The notes under the pieces were generated by a model. That model ran no database searches, had not been told where the DNA came from, and saw nothing but the letters and a program-made list of their open reading frames with translations. Shown here in pieces: positions 46,704-55,770 of a stretch of 64,000 nt of DNA. This DNA comes from Thermoplasmata archaeon (GTDB lineage Archaea; Thermoplasmatota; Thermoplasmata; Lutacidiplasmatales; UBA184). Both the position numbers and the translations under genes were made by a program. The stretch spans positions 2,508 to 66,507 of the forward strand of contig JBEKJG010000004.1 of the NCBI GenBank assembly GCA_050011355.1, read 5' to 3'. The first letter of the stretch is position 1. Each line of letters begins with the position of its first letter.

Positions 46704-47087
46704 GCCGGCCGGGACGGACCACGTCGCCGGAAGGACCGCACCGCCGCACGCGGCGGGGCGAGGGCGAGGTCACCCAGTGGCCCCGTGGCCTGGTCGATTA
46801 CACTCCCAAGGGATCTCCCGACGACACCCCGTCGCCCGAAGAGGACCGGACCGGCAACCGGATCCGTCTCGCCTCGCGACTGCTCTCGCTGCTCCGCTCC
46901 CAGGGCCACGACGTCTCCCGCGAACTGCGGGACCTGACGGCCGCCGAACGCGCGTACGCGGCGGGCCGTCCGGACGAGGCGACCCGGAGGGTCGAACAGC
47001 TCCTCGGCGAGCTCGCTCGCCGGACCGACCCCGGTCCGAAGGACCGGTCTCCCACACCTTAAGGCGGCGAGCGCCTCCGGAAGGCCG

Positions 47088-48086
47088 ATGCCCCCACCGC
47101 GTTTCGGCACGTTCTCGATCGTCGCCTGCGACCCCAGCGACGGCACCTGCGGGGTCGCGGTCCAGTCGAAGTTCATCTCCGTGGGCGCCGTCGTCCCCTG
47201 GGCCGAATCCGGGGTCGGCGCCGTCGCCACCCAGGCCGCCTCGAACCCCGCGTGGGGCCCCGAGGGCCTCGCCCTGCTGAAGCAGGGCCTGAACGCGGAC
47301 GAGGTCGTGCGCCGGCTCGTCGAGGCCGACCCCGGCCGGGACGAGCGCCAGCTCGGGGTCGTGGACGCGCGCGGCCGGGCGGCGGCGTTCACCGGCCCGA
47401 AGTGCATGAACTGGGCCGGCCAGTCCGTCGGCGACGGCTACGCCTGCCAGGGGAACATCCTGTTCGGGCCGGCGGTCGTCCGGGCGATGGCCCGGGCCTA
47501 CGAGACGACCGGGGGCGATATCGCCGACCGGCTGCTGGCGGCACTGTTCGCCGGACAGCGCGAGGGCGGGGACCGTCGGGGACAGCAGTCCGCCGCGCTC
47601 CTCGTCAGCAAGAAGGGCGCGGGCTACGGCGAGAGCAACCGGTGGATCGACGTCCGGGTCGACGACCACCCCTCCCCGATCGAGGAGCTGCGCCGCGTCT
47701 TCCGGCTCTACGACCTCACGCTCCTGAACCGGGAGGACCCGAAATCGCTCGTCCCCATCGCGGGAGACGTGGCGCTCGGACTGCAGCACGACCTCTCCGT
47801 GCTCGGCTACTACACCGGCCGCCTCAACGGCCGGTGGGACGCGGCGAGCAAGACCGCCTTCGTCCGGTTCGTGGGCGAGCACAACTTCGAGAACAAGCAG
47901 ACGCAGGAGGACGCGATCTGGCCGACGGTCCTCGCGTACCTGAAGGAGCGGTCGGACGCCGAGGTCGCCCGGCGCACCACGACCGCCCCGATCGTCCCCG
48001 ACGCGCTCAGTCGCGGGCCGGGAGCCCAGCCGAAGGGGGGAGCACCATCGGCGAACCGGTCGAAGAGATCCCCGGCGTCGAAGTAA
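47088..48086 (+). CDS. DUF1028 family (Ntn-hydrolase fold) protein with C-terminal peptidoglycan-binding-like domain; probably continues to 48313 after a frameshift at G6 (48035-48040)
   Basis: FSIVACDPSDGTCGVAVQSKFISVGAVVPWAESGVGAVATQ is the DUF1028 N-terminus. LSVLGYYTGRLNGRWDAASKTAFVRFVGEHN is PG_binding_1-like. The annotated tail after G6 is low complexity, whereas the -1 frame reads a protein-like 90 aa. Confidence 0.65.
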   Translation: MPPPRFGTFSIVACDPSDGTCGVAVQSKFISVGAVVPWAESGVGAVATQAASNPAWGPEGLALLKQGLNADEVVRRLVEADPGRDERQLGVVDARGRAAAFTGPKCMNWAGQSVGDGYACQGNILFGPAVVRAMARAYETTGGDIADRLLAALFAGQREGGDRRGQQSAALLVSKKGAGYGESNRWIDVRVDDHPSPIEELRRVFRLYDLTLLNREDPKSLVPIAGDVALGLQHDLSVLGYYTGRLNGRWDAASKTAFVRFVGEHNFENKQTQEDAIWPTVLAYLKERSDAEVARRTTTAPIVPDALSRGPGAQPKGGAPSANRSKRSPASK

Positions 48087-48334
48087 CGGTCGTCGCGCGA
48101 CGCGCGTGCGCCGACGCGGCGAGCGCCGAGCGTCTCCGGCGCGCGATCGTCGCCGACTGCCCGGAGTTCGTGCAGCTCGAGGTCGACGGGGCGGAGCTGG
48201 TCGTCCGCACGAAGGCCCCGTCGGCGCGCAGCGCGCGGGCGACGCTGGAGGACCTGCTCGCCTGCGTGCAGGTGGCAGAGCGGGCCGGCCGTCCGCCAGA
48301 GAGCCCTAAGTAGCGCGGCCGGGTCGGTCGGCCG

Positions 48335-49177
48335 ATGGAGCCGCCGCCCCCGGTGGACGCGCCGGTCGCGCCCCCGCCCTCCCGGGCGTCGACCGCACGG
48401 TACTTCGTCGGGGTCGCGATCACGGTCTTCGCGGTTCTCAGCCAGTACTTCCTTCCCCAGGCGGTCCCCGCGCTCCGACCGATCTACGGTACCCTGGTCG
48501 GCGACCTCGCCGTGGTCTACGGGATCCCCGTCCTCGCCTTTCTCCTCCTGGTCGGCCTCGGCCCGCTCCGGCACTGGGCGGACCGGATGGGGCTCGCCAC
48601 CGTCGAAGGGCTCCGCTGGTACGGCCTCCTCTCGCTCCTGGGGCTCGCCATCGTGCTCGTCCTCGCGGTGGTCTACACCGCGCTCGACCCGGGGGCGCTC
48701 CAGCTCCTCAACCGCCCGAACCCCGCCCTCCAGCAGGCGGTCGGGAACCCGTGGCTCTACGTCGCCCTCTCCTTCGTCGTCGGCGCCTTCGAGGAGACGA
48801 TCTTCCGCGGCTGGATCTTCGGGTTCTGGCGCGACCACCCGGGGTCCTGGATCGTCCCGGCGGTCTGGACGAGCGTGCTGTTCGCGGGCGTCCACCTCTA
48901 CTACGCCACGACCTACGGACTCGCGGCGCCGCTGATCTTCCCCTCGCTCTTCCTGCTCGGGTTCGCCTTCGCGGCGACCTACCGGGCGTCCGGAGGGAAC
49001 CTGGTCGTCGTGGCGCTGCTGCACGGGGCGAACGACGCGACCGCGTTCCTGACCCTGGTGAATCCCGCCCTCGGAGACGGGCTCCACTACCTCGTGATCC
49101 TCGTGGGTGCCGCGATCGGCCTGTACCTCTATCTCCGGCCCACCACGCCCACGCCGCCGACGGTCCTCCCGGCCTGA
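48335..49177 (+). CDS. CPBP-family (CAAX protease / Abi) intramembrane metalloprotease
   Basis: EETIFRG, FAGVHLYY, LLHGANDA motifs. Confidence 0.75.
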   Translation: MEPPPPVDAPVAPPPSRASTARYFVGVAITVFAVLSQYFLPQAVPALRPIYGTLVGDLAVVYGIPVLAFLLLVGLGPLRHWADRMGLATVEGLRWYGLLSLLGLAIVLVLAVVYTALDPGALQLLNRPNPALQQAVGNPWLYVALSFVVGAFEETIFRGWIFGFWRDHPGSWIVPAVWTSVLFAGVHLYYATTYGLAAPLIFPSLFLLGFAFAATYRASGGNLVVVALLHGANDATAFLTLVNPALGDGLHYLVILVGAAIGLYLYLRPTTPTPPTVLPA

Positions 49178-49206
49178 ACGACCCCGGGAGGGGCGGAGCC
49201 GGTGAC

Positions 49207-49593
49207 CTACGGAGTAGGGGAGCGGATCAGTTCCACCCAGATCCCGTCCGGCCCTTCGTAGAAGGCCGCCTCGAGCGTCCCGCCTTCCCGTTCCTCGAAG
49301 AGGCGTTTCGCGCCCGCTGCCCGCAGCCGTCGGGCGGCCGCGGCGACGTTCGAGACCCGCAACCCGAGGTGGTCGAGCCCCTCGCCGGGAGTGTACGGGG
49401 TGGCGTACTTCGAACCGGTGGGGTACCAGTTGAGCTCGATCTGCTGGTGCGAGACCGGGTCCTGGAGGAGCACCCAGATGCCGCCGTGGGACATCGTCCC
49501 CCGGCGCATCTCTCCGAGGCCGAGCCCTTGGGTGAAGAAGCGGAGGGCCTTCGTGAGATTGGTCACCCGGATCCCGACGTAGTCGACGTACAT
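49207..49593 (-). CDS. VOC/glyoxalase-I family protein
   Basis: DYVGIRVTNL…LGLRVSNV paired beta-alpha-beta-beta-beta modules. Confidence 0.75.
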   Translation of the reverse strand: MYVDYVGIRVTNLTKALRFFTQGLGLGEMRRGTMSHGGIWVLLQDPVSHQQIELNWYPTGSKYATPYTPGEGLDHLGLRVSNVAAAARRLRAAGAKRLFEEREGGTLEAAFYEGPDGIWVELIRSPTP

Positions 49594-49681
49594 GGGGGAC
49601 CGAACGCCCGGAAGGCTCGATAATGCTTAGGGAGCAGGTTCGCCCGCTAGCATCTTGTAACGGGTCTGTGTGGCCCCGCCG

Positions 49682-50116
49682 ATGAACCCACCGGAGGATG
49701 TGCTGCGAGGCATCATCGCCCGCGCCCGGACGATCGCGATCGTCGGGCTGTCCGACAAGCCGACCCGGGACTCGAACGAGGCCGGCCGCTACCTCCAGGG
49801 ACAGGGCTATCGCATCGTACCGGTGAACCCGCTCGTGACCGAGGTGCTCGGCGAGCGCTCCTACCCCAGCGTCGCGGCGATCCCGGCGGGCGTTCCGGTG
49901 GACGTCGTGGACATCTACCGACGTCCGGAGGAGGTCCCCGCGATCATGGACGACTCCATCGGGCGGAAGGTCCCCGTCGTCTGGATGCAGCTCGGCATTT
50001 CGAACCCCGAAGCGGCCGACCGGGGCCGCGCGGCCGGCCTGACGGTGGTCGAGGACCTCTGCCTCATGAGCCAACACCGCCGGATGGGGATCGGGCCCGT
50101 GGGGAACCGCACGTGA
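49682..50116 (+). CDS. CoA-binding domain protein (YccU-like)
   Basis: ARTIAIVGLSDKPTRDSNEAGRYLQGQGYRIVPVNP. ATG 49682 preferred over the in-frame GTG 49670. Confidence 0.75.
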   Translation: MNPPEDVLRGIIARARTIAIVGLSDKPTRDSNEAGRYLQGQGYRIVPVNPLVTEVLGERSYPSVAAIPAGVPVDVVDIYRRPEEVPAIMDDSIGRKVPVVWMQLGISNPEAADRGRAAGLTVVEDLCLMSQHRRMGIGPVGNRT

Positions 50117-51006
50117 CCGACCCGTCGGCGGTCCCTCCACCGCCCTCCTCTCCGCCCGTTCCCGCGCCCGCAAACCCTCCCGCCTCCGCCGCTCCCCCGC
50201 CCCCCAAACCCGCGGTGTCCACCCCCTCGAGTACCGCGGCCAAGCCCGCCGCGGCCACTCCTCCCGTTCGGCCGCCTCGTTCCGGCGCGCTCGACGACCG
50301 CGGGGTCCGACGCCGGGAGGCGGTCCACGCGCTCCGGTGGACGGTCGACGGGAGCGTCAAGGTCACCGGCGAGGTCGACGTCGGGAGCGCCGCGATCACG
50401 GGGACGCTCGCGGTCGGCGGCGCGATCCTTGCCGACTCGCTCATAAGCCGAGGCACGCTCGATGCCGGCGGGACGGTCTCCGTGGGGGGAACTCTGTCCA
50501 CCGACGGGAGGTTCCATGCGGTCGGACCCGTGACGGCCCAGAGCGGGTCGTTCTTCGGGGTGACGCGCATCGGCCGGGCGGTCACGGTCGACCGGTCGCT
50601 GACGGTCCATGGGCAGTTCGCCGCACCGTCCGTTCGCGTCAACGAGTTCCGGGGAGACGGCGCGGTCGAGATCCCCGGAGACACGGAGGCCGTCACGGTG
50701 GACGTGCGGATCCGCCGCGACAGCCGGTTCGGCACGATCCGTGCCCACACCGTGCGGCTGATCCGCGTTCCGCCCAACCCGATCGAATGGGTCTTCGGGC
50801 GTTCGCCGCCGACGCCGGTGGCCCGGATCGAGGCGGACAAGGTCGAGCTCGAAGGGGTCGACGTCGCGTTCGTGCGGTCCCCGGAGGTCATCCTCGGGCG
50901 GGACGCGCACGTGACCGAGGTCGAGGGCACCGTCGTCCGGCGCCATTCCACGGCACGGGTCGGGCCGCGTTCGAAGAGCCCGGCGCCGTACGGCCTCTCG
51001 CGCTAG
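50113..51006 (+). CDS. bactofilin-like (polymer-forming beta-helical, DUF583-type) protein with Pro-rich N-terminus
   Basis: After PPPPSSPPVPAPANPP…, a run of V.G.V.G-type beta-helix repeats (VKVTGEVDVGSAAITGTLAVGGAIL…). GTG start overlaps the upstream stop. Confidence 0.5.
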   Translation: MTDPSAVPPPPSSPPVPAPANPPASAAPPPPKPAVSTPSSTAAKPAAATPPVRPPRSGALDDRGVRRREAVHALRWTVDGSVKVTGEVDVGSAAITGTLAVGGAILADSLISRGTLDAGGTVSVGGTLSTDGRFHAVGPVTAQSGSFFGVTRIGRAVTVDRSLTVHGQFAAPSVRVNEFRGDGAVEIPGDTEAVTVDVRIRRDSRFGTIRAHTVRLIRVPPNPIEWVFGRSPPTPVARIEADKVELEGVDVAFVRSPEVILGRDAHVTEVEGTVVRRHSTARVGPRSKSPAPYGLSR

Positions 51007-51056
51007 CCGCTCCGGCCGGCCTGCTTTTATCCCCCGGAGACGCGTCCGAGCGTTCC

Positions 51057-54020
51057 ATGTCGCCCGAGGAGACCGGCTCGGGCGCCCCTCCCGCGCGGTC
51101 GATCCAGGAGCGGGTGCTCGACTACTGGACCCGGACCGGAGTCGTGGCCCGGGCATTGGAGGTCCCGGCCTCAGGTCCGCTGTTCCGCTTCACCGAGGGC
51201 CCTCCGACCGCCAACGGCGCCCCCCACCTCGGCCACCTGGTCGCCCGGCTGTTCAAGGACCTCCAGCTGCGCTACCACCGGATGCGGGGCGACCGGATCG
51301 TCTCGATGATGGCCGGTTGGGATTGCCACGGGCTGCCGGTCGAGCTCGAGATCGAGAAGCGTCACGGGCTCAAGTCGAAGAAGGAGATCGAGACCTACGG
51401 GGTCGAGAAGTTCTGCGAGGAGTGCCGGGTCGGCACGCTTGCGGTCGCGGACGTCTGGCGGGAGATGAGCGGTCGGCTCGGATACTGGCTCGACTACGAC
51501 CACGCGTACCGGACGATGGACGCCCCGTACATCGAGAGCGTCTGGTGGTCCCTGAAGACCCTCTTCGACCGGGGACTCCTCGAGAAGGGCCACTACGTCC
51601 TCCCGTACTGCCCCCGGTGCGAGACGCCCCTCGCCTCCCACGAGGTCGCGCAGGGTCACCGGGAAGCGACCGACCCCTCCGTCACCGTCCGGTTCCCGCT
51701 CGCCGACGCCGCCCGACCGCGGGACCTCCTTGTCTGGACCACGACGCCGTGGACCCTGCCCGCGAACCTCCTGGTCGCGGTCCGGGCCGACCTCGAGTAT
51801 TCGGTCGTGGCGGACGACGAAGGACAGGAGTTCGTCCTCGCGTCCGCCACGCTGGCGCGGTACTTCCCCGGCGACCCGCGGATCGTCGAGCGGGTCCTCG
51901 GTCGGGAGTTGGCAGGGAAGATGTATGCCCCCCCGTTCGACTCGGCCGGTCCGGGCCCGGGCCGCTACCGGATCGTCCTGGACGACTTCGTCACTGCGGA
52001 CGAAGGCACGGGCCTCGTCCACGTCGCGCCCAGCTTCGGACCGGACGACCAGCGGGTCGGCGCCCGGGAGCAGGTCGGGGTCTTCGACCCGCTGGACGGT
52101 CGGGGCGTCTTCGGGGACGCCGTCCCCCAGGTCCGCGGGAAGTTCTTCAAGACCGCCGACCCGATCCTGATGAAGGACCTCGCGGCGCGGGGACGGCTGT
52201 TCCGGGCCGAGACGGTCCGCCACACCTACCCGTTCTGCTGGCGATGCGACACCCCGCTCCTCTACCGCGCCATCGACTCCTGGTTCGTCCGAACCTCGCG
52301 GTTCACCGACGCGCTCGTGGAGAACAACGCGACCGTCCAGTGGATCCCCGCCCACCTGCGGGACGGGCGGTTCGGGAACTTCCTCACCGAGGCGAAGGAC
52401 TGGGCCGTCTCCCGGAACCGGTACTGGGGGACCCCGCTCCCGATCTGGATGTGTCCCGAGCGCCACGCGACCTGCGTCGGCAGCTTCGCCGAGCTGGCCT
52501 CGTTGAACGGGAGTCCGCTGCCCGAGCCGTTCGACCCGCACCGCGTGCAGGCGGACCGGATCGTGTTCCCCTGCCCCCACTGCGGGCAGCTGTCCCGGCG
52601 CGAACCGTACACGATCGACGCGTGGTACGACAGCGGCTCGGCGCCGTTCGCCCAGTTCCACCACCCGTTCGAACCGAGCGACTTCGACCCCCAAGCCCCG
52701 CTCGACCACGTGGCCGAGGGGCTCGACCAGACCCGCGGCTGGTTCTACACGATGCTGGTCCTGTCGACCGCCCTCTTCGGTCGGCCCGCGTACCGGTCCT
52801 CCCTGACGACCGGCATGGTCCTCGACGAGAGCGGGCGGAAGATGTCGAAGTCCAAGGGGAACGTCCTCGAACCGATCCCGCTCCTCGAGCGCCTCGGCGC
52901 CGACCCGGTGCGGTGGACGTTCCTCACGGTCGACTTCACCGAGCCGATGCGGATCGGGGAGGCGACGATCCAGAAGTCGGCCGGCCGCACGCTCGGCACG
53001 CTCGCGAACCTGGTCGTGTTCCACCGGGAGAACGCGCACGCCGACCACCTCCCGCCGGCCCGCGCCCGCCCGACGCCCCCCTCGGTGCTCGACCGCTGGG
53101 CCCTTTCCCGCCTCGAGGCGACCCGCGGCCTCGTCACCGCATCGCTCGACTCGTTCGACCCCCGCCCTGCCGCGCTGGCCGTTCGAGAACTGGTCGACGA
53201 CCTGTCGACGTGGTACGTCCGTCGCTCGAGGCCCCGGTTCTGGGGCGCGACCACTCCGGAGGATCGGCGGGCCGCCCACGACACCCTCTCCTACTCACTA
53301 CTCGGACTGGCTCGCGTCGTCGCGCCCCTCCTCCCCTTCACGGCCGAATGGATCCACCACGAGGTCGGGGAATGCGGATTCACCTCCCGGGACGACTCCG
53401 TCCATCTCGGACGGTGGCCCACCGAGCTCGCCGCCCGCGACCCTGCCCTCGAGGAGGGGATGGCCGAGCTTCGGGGCCTCGTGGAGGTGGGGCGGGAGTT
53501 GCGTCAGCGGGCCGAGGTCAAGGCCCGGATCCCGCTCACGGAGTTCGTCGTCTTCGGCCCTCCCTCGAGTGCCCTCGCGAGCCTCGGCGCGGAGGGCGAG
53601 CGGCTGCTGGTCGAGGAGTTGAACGTGAAATCGCTCCGCCGGGTCCCGGAGATCGACCGGTCCCCGTTCCCCGAATCCGACTGGGTCCTGCGGGAGGAGA
53701 ACGGAGCGGTCGTCGCGGCGCTCCCCCGGCAGCCGACGCCCGAGCTCCGCTCGGAAGGGTTGTTCCGCGAGGTCGCGCGCCGCCTCCAGCAGACCCGCAA
53801 GGACCTCGGGTTGCGCCCGACCGACCACGTCGAGCTCTCGTTCGCGGCGACCGGCGAGCTGTTCGCCGCGGTGGCGGCCCGCTCGGAGACCCTCGCCCGG
53901 GAACTGCTCGCGGACCGCGTCGACCTCGTGGACGGGACGCTCCCGCCGGGCGAGGAGGTTCGCCAGTGGGACCTGGACGGTCTCGCGTTCAGTGCGCGGC
54001 TCGTGCGACGGGCGGCGTGA
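51057..54020 (+). CDS. ileS: isoleucyl-tRNA synthetase
   Basis: PPTANGAPHLGH (HIGH), GWDCHGLPVE, TTPWTLPAN, KMSKSKGN. Confidence 0.85.
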   Translation: MSPEETGSGAPPARSIQERVLDYWTRTGVVARALEVPASGPLFRFTEGPPTANGAPHLGHLVARLFKDLQLRYHRMRGDRIVSMMAGWDCHGLPVELEIEKRHGLKSKKEIETYGVEKFCEECRVGTLAVADVWREMSGRLGYWLDYDHAYRTMDAPYIESVWWSLKTLFDRGLLEKGHYVLPYCPRCETPLASHEVAQGHREATDPSVTVRFPLADAARPRDLLVWTTTPWTLPANLLVAVRADLEYSVVADDEGQEFVLASATLARYFPGDPRIVERVLGRELAGKMYAPPFDSAGPGPGRYRIVLDDFVTADEGTGLVHVAPSFGPDDQRVGAREQVGVFDPLDGRGVFGDAVPQVRGKFFKTADPILMKDLAARGRLFRAETVRHTYPFCWRCDTPLLYRAIDSWFVRTSRFTDALVENNATVQWIPAHLRDGRFGNFLTEAKDWAVSRNRYWGTPLPIWMCPERHATCVGSFAELASLNGSPLPEPFDPHRVQADRIVFPCPHCGQLSRREPYTIDAWYDSGSAPFAQFHHPFEPSDFDPQAPLDHVAEGLDQTRGWFYTMLVLSTALFGRPAYRSSLTTGMVLDESGRKMSKSKGNVLEPIPLLERLGADPVRWTFLTVDFTEPMRIGEATIQKSAGRTLGTLANLVVFHRENAHADHLPPARARPTPPSVLDRWALSRLEATRGLVTASLDSFDPRPAALAVRELVDDLSTWYVRRSRPRFWGATTPEDRRAAHDTLSYSLLGLARVVAPLLPFTAEWIHHEVGECGFTSRDDSVHLGRWPTELAARDPALEEGMAELRGLVEVGRELRQRAEVKARIPLTEFVVFGPPSSALASLGAEGERLLVEELNVKSLRRVPEIDRSPFPESDWVLREENGAVVAALPRQPTPELRSEGLFREVARRLQQTRKDLGLRPTDHVELSFAATGELFAAVAARSETLARELLADRVDLVDGTLPPGEEVRQWDLDGLAFSARLVRRAA

Positions 54021-54636
54021 GTCCGGTCGGCTCCCGGGCGACCGGTCCGTTCGGCCGCTGTTCGGCGAAGACCTCCGCCTCGAACCGGCGGATCCGCACC
54101 CTCCGGTCGCGCCAGGCGTCCGGCGGCAGGCCGGCCTTCTCGCAGGTCCCCTCGAGCAACTGCTCGGCGTCCCACCCCTGCTCGGTCGCGACCTGCGGGA
54201 GGAGGAGCCCGTTGCGTCCGCGGCCCTCGACGATGAGCCCGTCCCGGCCGGGGCGGATCTCGCCGACCAGGGTCTCGGGGGTGCCCGACGTCAGGGTCTG
54301 GGGCAGCGTGAGGACCGACACCTCGACCGCGAGGTGGTCCATCTCCTCCCGTTCGACCGGGGGGAAGCGGGGGTCCTCGGTCGCGGCGGCGAGCGCGACG
54401 TCGCGGATCGCTTCGCCGAGGGCGAGGAGCGGCAGGGGGTAGCCGATGCACCCCCGGAGCTCGCCGTCGGGGTAGTGCTTCAGGGTCACGAAGACGCCGC
54501 GGGGTTCCCCGAAGACGCGGGGGAGGGTGTCCTCCTCCGGGGCCGGAAGTCCGCGGGGGCGACCCACGTCCAGCGACCGCTCGATGGCAATCCGGGCCAG
54601 GTGGACCGCCCGTTCTCCATCCGCTGCAGACAGCAT
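53989..54636 (-). CDS. AMMECR1-domain protein
   Basis: GVFVTL…LRGCIGYP motif. ATG 54636 preferred over the ORF-track GTG 54654. 3' end overlaps ileS convergently. Confidence 0.8.
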   Translation of the reverse strand: MLSAADGERAVHLARIAIERSLDVGRPRGLPAPEEDTLPRVFGEPRGVFVTLKHYPDGELRGCIGYPLPLLALGEAIRDVALAAATEDPRFPPVEREEMDHLAVEVSVLTLPQTLTSGTPETLVGEIRPGRDGLIVEGRGRNGLLLPQVATEQGWDAEQLLEGTCEKAGLPPDAWRDRRVRIRRFEAEVFAEQRPNGPVAREPTGLTPPVARAAH

Positions 54637-54688
54637 GGCCCCCCCAGGCCTCACGGGCGGAAAGCCGCATCGCGGGCCCCCGGCCCCG

Positions 54689-54696
54689 TTTTATAG
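54689..54696 (+). promoter_or_regulatory. TATA-box-like element (TTTTATAG) upstream of rpl40e
   Basis: Only AT-rich octamer in the gap; about 25 nt upstream of ATG 54721. Confidence 0.5.
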
Positions 54697-54720
54697 CCGA
54701 GGGAGGGTCACCGCCGTCCC

Positions 54721-54873
54721 ATGCCGTTCCCCGAAGCGGTCGAGCGACTGCTCAACAAGAAAATATGCATGAACTGCTCGGCCCGGAACCCGCCCAAAGC
54801 GGTCCAGTGCCGGCGGTGCGGCTACCACGGGCTCCGCGTGAAGTCGCGCGAGCGGTCCGGCAAGACCGCGTAG
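54721..54873 (+). CDS. rpl40e: 50S ribosomal protein L40e (absent from the ORF track, under 60 aa)
   Basis: [50 protein letters not shown]: C4 zinc-ribbon pattern and length match archaeal L40e. Confidence 0.8.
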   Translation: MPFPEAVERLLNKKICMNCSARNPPKAVQCRRCGYHGLRVKSRERSGKTA

Positions 54874-54883
54874 TCGGCGACTT

Positions 54884-55678
54884 CTACGCGGGCGGTGCGC
54901 CCGTCTCCGCGTCCCGCGCGAAGGGGGTCGGCGCCCCGACCTTCAGCTCCCGGGCGACCGCGAGCCGCTTGGAGAACAGGAAGAGCAGGTTGTTGAGACC
55001 GTCCCGCCACGTCGACAGTTTCGGCGAGCCCCAGCGCTCGCCGTAGTGGATCGGCACCTCGACGACGCGCAGGCCCCGGAGCACCGCCTCGATCTTCAGC
55101 TCCTCGCTGAATGCCATCCCGTCCTGGGTGAGGGCGACCCGGTCGAGGACCGAACGGCGGAACACCCAGAACCCGGATTGGCTGTCGAGGATCGTCCGGG
55201 ACGGCATGTCGTGCAGGTAGTGGTGGTAGGCGAGCCGGAGGAAGTTGTTGAGCAGCCGGTTCCCGATCTGGTGCTCGGTCGTCATCGCCCGCCGGTCGAG
55301 GAACGCCATGCGGTTCCCGGTCAGGAAGTCGAGGTGCTCGTCCAGCAGCTGCCGGACGAACCGCGGGATCTCCTCCACGGGGTAGGTCCCGTCCCCGTCG
55401 GCGGTGGCGATGATGTCGCCGGTCGCGGCGGCGAATCCGGTCTTGTAGGCGCGCCCGTACCCCCGGCGCCGTTCCACCAGGACCCGGGCCCCCTCGCGGG
55501 TGGCCTCCTCGGCGGTCCCGTCGGTCGAGGCGCCGTCCACGACCAGGACCTCCCATTCGAGCGGGTCGCCCGCGAACTCCGTCCGGTTCGCGGCGTCCGC
55601 CGCGGCCCGGAACGTCCGGACGACCCCCCCGATCGACCCCGACTCGTTGAGGGTCGGGATGACGAGGGAGGCGCGCAT
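54884..55678 (-). CDS. family-2 glycosyltransferase (dolichyl-phosphate sugar synthase-like)
   Basis: SLVIPTLNE, VVDGASTDGT, DGDGT (DxD). Confidence 0.75.
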   Translation of the reverse strand: MRASLVIPTLNESGSIGGVVRTFRAAADAANRTEFAGDPLEWEVLVVDGASTDGTAEEATREGARVLVERRRGYGRAYKTGFAAATGDIIATADGDGTYPVEEIPRFVRQLLDEHLDFLTGNRMAFLDRRAMTTEHQIGNRLLNNFLRLAYHHYLHDMPSRTILDSQSGFWVFRRSVLDRVALTQDGMAFSEELKIEAVLRGLRVVEVPIHYGERWGSPKLSTWRDGLNNLLFLFSKRLAVARELKVGAPTPFARDAETGAPPA

Positions 55679-55686
55679 CGGGGGCC

Positions 55687-55705
55687 AAGGGGTGGAACAC
55701 CCCTT
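55687..55705. promoter_or_regulatory. perfect inverted repeat AAGGGGTG-GAA-CACCCCTT abutting a TTTAA box in the GT2/archease divergent promoter
   Basis: 8-nt arms are exact reverse complements; the right arm runs into CCTTTAAC. Confidence 0.4.
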
Positions 55706-55770
55706 TAACCCCTCCCCGCCCATCCGCGCGCCACGTCGCCTCGAGCGGCCGCCGCTCCCCGCCGCCGCCG

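Noticed and set aside
46770-47062. Calling the protein-like open frame before DUF1028 as a separate CDS
   Set aside because: There is no ATG, GTG or TTG anywhere in that frame between the stop at 46624 and the stop at 47062. It is reported as an anomaly rather than a gene.
48078-48313. Independent small gene after DUF1028 (VQLEVDGAELVV…)
   Set aside because: The frame is continuous with the -1 frame of DUF1028 and lacks a start until an internal GTG giving 47 aa. It is better explained as the frameshifted C-terminus of DUF1028.
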